Both the position numbers and the translations under genes were made by a program. The notes under the pieces are model-generated. The model did not search any database. It saw only the letters and a program-made list of their open reading frames with translations, and had not been told where the DNA came from. Below are positions 57,541-64,000 of a stretch of DNA of 64,000 nt, piece after piece. The first letter of the stretch is position 1. Every line of letters begins with the position of its first letter. Source of the DNA: an uncultured Chloroflexia bacterium (GTDB lineage Bacteria > Chloroflexota > Limnocylindria > Limnocylindrales > CSP1-4). The stretch covers positions 32,001 through 96,000 of the forward strand of contig CAVPPB010000002.1 in NCBI GenBank assembly GCA_963707215.1. Reading direction: 5' to 3'.

Positions 57541-58574
57541 CCAAGGGACCCGAGCAGCCCCGCCCCTCGGCCGACGCCGCCGACGCCGCCGACACGGTCG
57601 CTGCTGATCGGCCGGCCTCCGGTGTGGTGAGCGCGCGGCCCGATCTCGGCGGCGGCGCGGCCACGCCATCCTTCGCCCTGCCCGCCGGGGCGCTCCCGGG
57701 CCTGCCCGGGCAGGCGGCCCCGACCGCCGTCGGACGCCGCTCGTTCGAATGGGGCAGCCGGACGTACGTCATGGGCATCCTCAACGTCACGCCCGACTCG
57801 TTCTCCGGCGACGGCCTGCTCGGCGAGGACGGCCAGCCCGTTGCCGCGGCTCGGACCCTCGCCGACCGGATGGCGGCCGACGGGGCGGACATCATCGACG
57901 TCGGCGGCGAGTCGACGCGGCCCGGCCACGCCCCGGTCGATGCGCAAGCCGAGGCCGCCCGGGTGGTACCCGTCATCCGGGCCGTGCGGGCGAGCCTGCC
58001 CGACCTGCCGATCTCGGTCGACACGACCAAGGCGTCCGTGGCCGAAGCAGCGATCGACGCGGGCGCCGACCTGGTCAACGACGTGGCCGCGACGTCCCCT
58101 TCCACCGAGCTGCTGCGGGTCGCCGCCGAGCGCCAGGTCCCGGTCGTGCTCATGCACGATCGGTCCGAGGCACGCTACGTCAACATGGTCGCCGAGGTCG
58201 TCTCCGACCTGGAGCGAGCCATCGAGCGGGCCCTGTATGCGGGGGTCGCCTGGGAGCGGATCCTGGTCGACCCCGGCTTCGGATTCGGCAAGACCCCGGC
58301 CCAGAACCTCGTGCTGCTCCGGGAGCTGCCCCTCCTGCGGGTGCTGCGACGACCCCTCGTCCTCGGGACCTCGCGCAAGTCGACGCTGGGCAAGATCCTG
58401 GACCTGCCGCCCGAGGACCGCCTTGAGGCGACCCTCGCCACCACGGCACTGGCGGTCGCCGCCGGCGTCGACCTCGTCCGGGTCCATGAAGTCGGCCCGA
58501 ACGTCCGGGTCGCCCGGGTCGCCGACGCGATCGTCCGGGGCGGCCACCCGCTCGAGACGGAGGGAAGTCGCTGA
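57537..58574 (+). CDS. folP: Dihydropteroate synthase
   Basis: 'MGILNVTPDSFS', 'GGESTRPG', 'DPGFGFGK', 'SRKS', 'VRVHEV'. Confidence 0.96.
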   Translation: MTKGPEQPRPSADAADAADTVAADRPASGVVSARPDLGGGAATPSFALPAGALPGLPGQAAPTAVGRRSFEWGSRTYVMGILNVTPDSFSGDGLLGEDGQPVAAARTLADRMAADGADIIDVGGESTRPGHAPVDAQAEAARVVPVIRAVRASLPDLPISVDTTKASVAEAAIDAGADLVNDVAATSPSTELLRVAAERQVPVVLMHDRSEARYVNMVAEVVSDLERAIERALYAGVAWERILVDPGFGFGKTPAQNLVLLRELPLLRVLRRPLVLGTSRKSTLGKILDLPPEDRLEATLATTALAVAAGVDLVRVHEVGPNVRVARVADAIVRGGHPLETEGSR

Positions 58575-58948
58575 TGGACCGGGTCTTCGTGCGGGGGATC
58601 CTCGTGGACGGCCACCACGGGTCGGAGGCTGCCGAGCGCGCCGAGGCGCAGCCCTTCGCGGTCGACGTGGAGCTCGCGCTCGACCTCGGGCCGGCCGGCC
58701 GCTCGGACGATCTCGAGCGGACCGCCGACTACGCGGCCATCGATCGCGAGGTGCGGCGGGTCGTGGCGACGACCAGCTTCCGGCTCCTCGAAGCCCTGGC
58801 CGAGGCGATCGCCGGCGCTCTCCTGGCCGGCTTCCCGGCCGACGAGGTCGCTGTCCGGATCGCCAAGCCGGCGGTCCGCCTGGACGGTCCGTTCGGGTCC
58901 GCCGGTGTCGAGATCCGACGGGCCAGGAGACGGGACGTGGACGCCTAG
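58574..58948 (+). CDS. folB: Dihydroneopterin aldolase
   Basis: 'HHG...ER...QPF.VD', 'DDL..TADY', 'LLEALAE', 'AKP'. Confidence 0.93.
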   Translation: MDRVFVRGILVDGHHGSEAAERAEAQPFAVDVELALDLGPAGRSDDLERTADYAAIDREVRRVVATTSFRLLEALAEAIAGALLAGFPADEVAVRIAKPAVRLDGPFGSAGVEIRRARRRDVDA

Positions 58949-60345
58949 AGGTCCGCCGGCCTGGTCCCGAGGACGAGGGGCACGGTCACCTCCTCGCCGC
59001 CACGGATCACGACCATGTCGACCGTCTCCCCCGGGGAGAACTGGCTGACGACCGCATCAAGCGGGTGATCGCGGTCGAGGGTGATCCCGCCGACGGTGAC
59101 GATGATGTCGCCGGGCTCGATCCCGGCCTGGTCGGCGGGCCCGCCGGGCACGACCCCGTAGACTGTCCCGCCGTTCGGATTCTCGGTGTCCTCGGCGACG
59201 AGCGCCCCGTCCTGGACATCGAGCCCATCGCGCTCGACGACCCGAAGGTCGATCGTCTCGAAGCGGACCCCGATGTAGGGGCGGGCGAGGGATTCGCCGG
59301 CGACCGCCTGGCGCATGATCGGCTTGGCCAGGTCGATCGGGATGGCGAAGCCGATGCCCTCGGCCGAGGTGGCGATGGCGGTGTTGATGCCGATGACGTT
59401 GCCGCCGGCGTCGAGGAGCGGCCCGCCGCTGTTGCCGGGGTTGATGGCGGTATCGGTCTGGAGGAGGTTGTTGAGCTGCCCGCCGTCCACCTGGATCTGC
59501 CGGCCGCTGGCTGAAAGGATCCCGGCAGTGACCGAGTTGCTATAGGTGCCCAGCGGGCTGCCGATGGCGATCGTGAGCTGCCCGACCTTGAGCTCGTCCG
59601 ACTCCCCGAGCGGGACCGTCGGCAGGCCGTCGGCCTCGATCTTCACGATGGCGAGGTCGGTCAGGGTGTCGATGCCGTAGATCGTCCCCTCGAACTGGCG
59701 GCCATCGGCCAGCTCGACGGTGAGGGCGTCACTGCCCTCGACGACGTGACGGTTCGTGAGGATCCAGCCGGCGGGGTCGTAGACGAAGCCTGAGCCGACG
59801 CCCTGCGCCGGGATGGAGAGCGGGTCGGTGATGACCGCACCGGTCGTAGAGGAGATCCGGACGACGGCCGGACCGGCGCTGGCCGCGACGTCGATGACCG
59901 CCGAGGACTCGTCGATCGCCACGGGCTGCCGGGTGGCGGCTGGCTCCGCGGACGGGGCGGCGATCGTCGGCGCCGGAGCCTGGAGCGTACCGGTCGCCTG
60001 CAGGGCGATGACCGTCCCGCCGGATGCGAGGACGGCGGAGATGAGCGCCGCGGCCAGGACGGTCCCGACGCCGGCTCCCCGGCCGTTGCCGCGGGGCGGC
60101 GCGATGGGCGCGGTCGTCGGCTTGGGATCGAACCACGAAGGCTCCGGCGGAGCCTGGTAGGTGGGGCGAGCCCAATCCGGCCTCGGCGCCGGGTCGGGCG
60201 AGTAGCGGCCGGTGGGCGCCGGGGCCCATGGGACCTCCGGCGAGGCCGGGGTGGCGGGACTTGGATCGATCCCCGGCGCAGCGCTCGACTCGGTGTTCGC
60301 GTCGCCCGGTTCCGGGTTCGGCTGGGGGGCGGATGGGTCGGTCAT
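58945..60345 (-). CDS. HtrA/DegP-family membrane serine protease with PDZ domain
   Basis: 'GSGFV', 'LTNRHVV', 'DLAIVK', 'INPGNSGGPL', C-terminal PDZ. Confidence 0.95.
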   Translation of the reverse strand: MTDPSAPQPNPEPGDANTESSAAPGIDPSPATPASPEVPWAPAPTGRYSPDPAPRPDWARPTYQAPPEPSWFDPKPTTAPIAPPRGNGRGAGVGTVLAAALISAVLASGGTVIALQATGTLQAPAPTIAAPSAEPAATRQPVAIDESSAVIDVAASAGPAVVRISSTTGAVITDPLSIPAQGVGSGFVYDPAGWILTNRHVVEGSDALTVELADGRQFEGTIYGIDTLTDLAIVKIEADGLPTVPLGESDELKVGQLTIAIGSPLGTYSNSVTAGILSASGRQIQVDGGQLNNLLQTDTAINPGNSGGPLLDAGGNVIGINTAIATSAEGIGFAIPIDLAKPIMRQAVAGESLARPYIGVRFETIDLRVVERDGLDVQDGALVAEDTENPNGGTVYGVVPGGPADQAGIEPGDIIVTVGGITLDRDHPLDAVVSQFSPGETVDMVVIRGGEEVTVPLVLGTRPADL

Positions 60346-62050
60346 GAGGGAGGCAGGTCCGATGCTGCTGATGTCGTCGTCGGGTCCGGGTCTGCCCCGA
60401 TCCCTGCCCCGATGGTGCCCGATGATCCGTTCAGGGGCGGCCCATCTGCAGGTGAAGTCTTCTGAACCTCGGAACCGACCGCTCCCGGAGGCTGGTCCGC
60501 CCTGGGGACGGCGCGAGGATCGCGGGGCAGGATCACGGAGAACACCGACCCTTCGCCGGGGCGACTCTCCACGGCCAGCCGGCCGCCGTGCATGTCCACG
60601 ATCGACTTGACGATGGCCAGGCCGAGGCCGCTCCCGGCGCTGCGGGCGTCAGCGGCCCCGGTCCCACGGTAGAACCGCTCGAAGATGTGGGGGAGCTCGT
60701 CCGGAGCGATGCCGATGCCGGTGTCGCGAACCTCGATGCACGCCCCGTCGGGCACGGACCGAAGGCTGACCACGACCTCCCCGCCGGTCGCGGTGAACTT
60801 CACGGCGTTGCCGACGAGGTTCGAGACGATCTGGCCGACCCGGTGCGCGTCGTGGTGGACCCGGACCGGCTGGTCGGGCACCCGGATGTCGAGCCGGACG
60901 CCGCGGCGCTCGGCGGCAGCGCCGACCTGCTCCGCGCCCGATTCCACCGCCGCTCGCAGATCGTCGGGGCGGAGCTCCAGCAGGACGAGCCCGGAGTCGA
61001 GCTTGGAGAGCTCGAGCAGGTTCTGGGCCAGCCAGTCGAGACGGGAGAGCTGCTGGGCGCCGGACGCCAGGAACTCCGCCCGCGTCGCCGGGTCGTCGCC
61101 GGCCCGGCCCTGGAGCAGCTCGATGAAGGTCCGCAGCGCGGCGATGGGGGTCCGCAGCTCGTGCGATACGTCGGCCAGGAACTCCCGGCTCCGATCGCGG
61201 TCCTCGCGGATGATCTCCATGCTCTCCTCGAGTCGCCCGGCCATCTTGTTGAACTGGCGCGACAGCTCGCCGATCTCGGCGCTGCCAGCCGATGCCTCCG
61301 CCTGCGAGACCCGGCGCGAGAGGTCGCCCTGGGCCATCCTCCGGGACGCTTCCGTGAGGCGGCGGAGCGGCGTCGCGAAGCGACCGGCGAGGAAGGCCGC
61401 CACCACGACCGAGGCGGCGAGGCCGATCGCCCCGATGACCAGGAAGAGCGCCGAGACGTTCGCGACCGTCGATGCACGGAACGTGTACGGGTCCGAAAGG
61501 GTGACCCTCAGGCCGTACTCGAAGCCCCCTTCGTTCGACAGGCGATAGGACTCGGTGTGGCTGAGGTCCTCGCGGGTCTGGCCGGCCTGGGCTTCGCGGG
61601 TCAGCTCCCCGCTGAAGGTCCCGTTCGCCGCCCCGTCCACGCCGACGTCCCCGTCCCCGTCGAGGAAGATCTGCCCGACGACGATCTCGACATCGGCGAG
61701 GGCGATCTGGTCGGCCAGCAAGGTCTGCAGGAAGGGGCCCCAGTCGAGGGCGGCAGCCACCTCGGGGCTGACGACGTTGCTCGCCGACACGACCGGGTTC
61801 CGCCCACTGGCCAGGTCGACCCGGACGTCCACGATCGCCGCCACGTTGTCCGCCCGGTTCGCCAGACTGGTGCGCTCCTGCTGGAGGAAGAAGTCGTCCA
61901 GGCGGTTGAGGACGAGGCCAGCGACGAGGGCGAGGGTGAGGGTCGTGACGCCCACGAAGCCGAGGGTCAGACGACCCTGGAAGGTCCGCGGCAGGGCCCG
62001 TCCGATGAAGCGCGGACCCCGGCGCTGCCCGGGAGCCGGTCCAGGCTCAG
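60342..62050 (-). CDS. HAMP-domain sensor histidine kinase (5' end uncertain; possible indel near 62010)
   Basis: 'DVSHELRTP', 'NLVGNAVKF', 'DTGIGI', 'GSGLGLAI', two TM. Confidence 0.93.
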
Positions 62051-62745
62051 CGCTCGGCGAACGCGTAGCCCGCTCCCCGGACGGTCAGCACGAACTCGGG
62101 CTGCGAGGGATCGTCCTCGACCTTGTCGCGCAGGTGGCTGACGTGGACGTTGATGGTCTTCTCGTCCTGGTCGAGCGCCTCATAGTCGCGGAGGAGCTCG
62201 AGCAACTCGCGGCGGCTGAAGACGCGGCCGGGCCGGCTCGCCAGGTGGCGCAGGATCTCGAACTCGGTGGTCGTGAGGGAGATGCGCCGGGACCCACGGG
62301 CGACGCGTCGCCGTTCGAGGTCGATGATCAGGTCGCGATGACGGATGACGCGACCGCCGGAGGCGTCCGCGAGGTCACCGTAGGCACGCCGAAGGAGAGC
62401 CCGGATGCGGCTCAGCAACTCGCGCAGGGAGAACGGCTTGGTCAGGTAGTCGTCGGCCCCCAGCTCGAGGCCGACGACCTTGTCGAGCTCGTCGTCTCGG
62501 GCGGTCAGCATGAGGACCGGCGCCTTCGACCCGGAGGCCCGCAGCCTGCGGAGGACCTCGAAGCCGTCCATGTCCGGCAGCCGGACGTCGAGCACGACGA
62601 GGTCTGGCGCCTGGCTGGTGGCGAGCTCGAGGCCGTCGGGCCCGCTGCCGGCGACCGCGACGTCGTAGCCCTCCTGTTGGAGGGCGAACTGGATGCCGCG
62701 AGCGACGGGCGCCTCGTCTTCGACGATCAGGATGGTGGCCGCCAT
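62047..62745 (-). CDS. OmpR/PhoB family response regulator
   Basis: 'ILIVEDE', 'VLDVRLP', 'GADDYLTKPF', 'TVRGAGY'. Confidence 0.96.
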   Translation of the reverse strand: MAATILIVEDEAPVARGIQFALQQEGYDVAVAGSGPDGLELATSQAPDLVVLDVRLPDMDGFEVLRRLRASGSKAPVLMLTARDDELDKVVGLELGADDYLTKPFSLRELLSRIRALLRRAYGDLADASGGRVIRHRDLIIDLERRRVARGSRRISLTTTEFEILRHLASRPGRVFSRRELLELLRDYEALDQDEKTINVHVSHLRDKVEDDPSQPEFVLTVRGAGYAFAER

Positions 62746-62900
62746 GGCGCGCCGATGATACCCGGGTCCTGCGGGGAAGACCTCGTGCTGTGCTACCCTC
62801 TACGCTCCCGACGACCCGGCGTTCCCGGGCGCCCCCGCGCCGTGCAGCGCGCCCATCCAGCCGAACACCACTACGCCGCCCCAACCGAAGGATCGCCCCG

Positions 62901-63578
62901 ATGACCACCGACCGCCCAACTCTCGCCGCCGACAGCCGTGAGATCACGGGCAAGGCCGTCGCCCACCTGCGTCGCGACGGCAAGCTCCCGGCCGTCGTCT
63001 ACGGCCACGGCGTCGACTCGGCGTCGCTCACCGTCGACGCTCACGACTTCGACCTGCTGCGCCGCAGGGTCAGCGCCAACGCCATCGTCGACCTCTCGAT
63101 CGACGGCAAGAAGTCCACGCCCGTGCTGATCCATCAGGTCCAGGTCCATCCGGTGACCCGGCGACCACTCCACGTCGATCTGTTGCAGATCAAGATGACC
63201 GTGGAGCTGACGGTCGACGTGCCCGTCGTGGCGGTCGGAGAGGCTCCTGCGGTCGAGCTTGGGGGGACCTACCTCCAGATGCTCGACACCGTTCGCATGA
63301 GGGCGCTGCCGGACCACATCCCCCAGCAGCTCCAGTTGGCGGTCGAGTCCCTCGAGGATTTCGATGCCGTGCTCCACGTCCGCGACCTCGAGATCCCGGC
63401 TGATGCCACCCTGCTGACCGACCCGGACGAGGTCCTGGCCAAGGTCATGCCGCCGCGCGTCGAAGCCGCCCCGATCGAAGAGGGCCTCGAGGAGGGCGAG
63501 GCCGCCGAGGGCGAGGCCGCCGAGGGCGAAGCCGGCGCCGAGGGCGAGTCCGGCTCGAGCGAAGCCGCCGAGGCCTGA
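62901..63578 (+). CDS. rplY: 50S ribosomal protein L25 / Ctc
   Basis: 'LRRDGKLPAVVYG', 'QVHPV....HVDL', acidic tail. Confidence 0.94.
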   Translation: MTTDRPTLAADSREITGKAVAHLRRDGKLPAVVYGHGVDSASLTVDAHDFDLLRRRVSANAIVDLSIDGKKSTPVLIHQVQVHPVTRRPLHVDLLQIKMTVELTVDVPVVAVGEAPAVELGGTYLQMLDTVRMRALPDHIPQQLQLAVESLEDFDAVLHVRDLEIPADATLLTDPDEVLAKVMPPRVEAAPIEEGLEEGEAAEGEAAEGEAGAEGESGSSEAAEA

Positions 63579-63581
63579 TCC

Positions 63582-64000
63582 TCAGCCCGGGCGGCGCGCG
63601 AAGGCGCGGACGACGGGGGTCCGCCACTCGAAGGCGTCCGCCGCCAGGCCGGCCATCCGGCGCTCGGTCGCGGCCAGGAGTCGCCGCCGGTCACCGGGCT
63701 CCAGGGAGCCGAACAGGTCGGCGGCATCGTATGCCTCGAGGAAGCGGAGGTAGCCGCTCGCCGTCCAGCGATGGATCAGGGTGTCGGCCCGGGCCCGGAC
63801 CTGCACGAAGCCGTTTCGCCGCAGCTGGGACGCGAGGGCCGCCGGCGACGGGGGGTCGCCGCTCCGGGGCGCCTCCTCCGCCTCCTCGTCCCCCAGGTCG
63901 AGCTCCTCGAGGGCCGCGTCGAAGGCGGCCTCGGGCTCGAACGCCGTGTCGTCGGCGAGCCATGTCACCAGCGCGAGGGTCCCACCGGGTTCGATGACCC
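63582..64000 (-). CDS. Probable class I SAM-dependent methyltransferase, C-terminal part (5' end outside window)
   Basis: Frame open to the window edge; 'PGGTLALVTW' resembles the post-motif III segment of methyltransferases. Confidence 0.55.
   Translation of the reverse strand, partial: VIEPGGTLALVTWLADDTAFEPEAAFDAALEELDLGDEEAEEAPRSGDPPSPAALASQLRRNGFVQVRARADTLIHRWTASGYLRFLEAYDAADLFGSLEPGDRRRLLAATERRMAGLAADAFEWRTPVVRAFARRPG

Overview
High-GC (roughly 70-75% by eye) bacterial chromosomal window. Gene style suggests Chloroflexota, possibly class Limnocylindria; this is inference only. I found no mobile element, prophage or CRISPR array. Contents in order: (1) 1-18 kb, a folate-dependent histidine-utilisation / one-carbon region (cyclodeaminase, folD, fhs, hutH, hutU, glutamate formiminotransferase, hutI) interleaved with transporters, a J-domain protein, a GNAT and an ExeM/NucH-type secreted nuclease; (2) argS; (3) 22.3-30.5 kb, three co-oriented surface-protein genes (two paralogous Ser/Pro-stalk proteins flanking a ~1730-aa DUF11-repeat adhesin), all ending in a shared TPPxTD + transmembrane + basic-tail signal, which is the best candidate for an undescribed sorting system; (4) a minus-strand run DUF3105-FAH-tdh-kbl-PHP phosphatase-ECF sigma/anti-sigma-MBL; (5) a LacI-controlled maltodextrin ABC locus with two GH13 enzymes; (6) tRNA-Glu, several Cys-rich orphan genes, a NarL regulator, galU, a PknB-like kinase, folC-folP-folB, an HtrA/two-component operon and rplY. 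Other signals are a candidate anti-Shine-Dalgarno sRNA at ~18.8 kb and widespread leaderless promoters. Many genes at 5-22 kb and 44-45.5 kb carry indels, including essential argS, so these are most likely sequencing/consensus errors. All assignments come from motif recognition by eye; no database searches were run.
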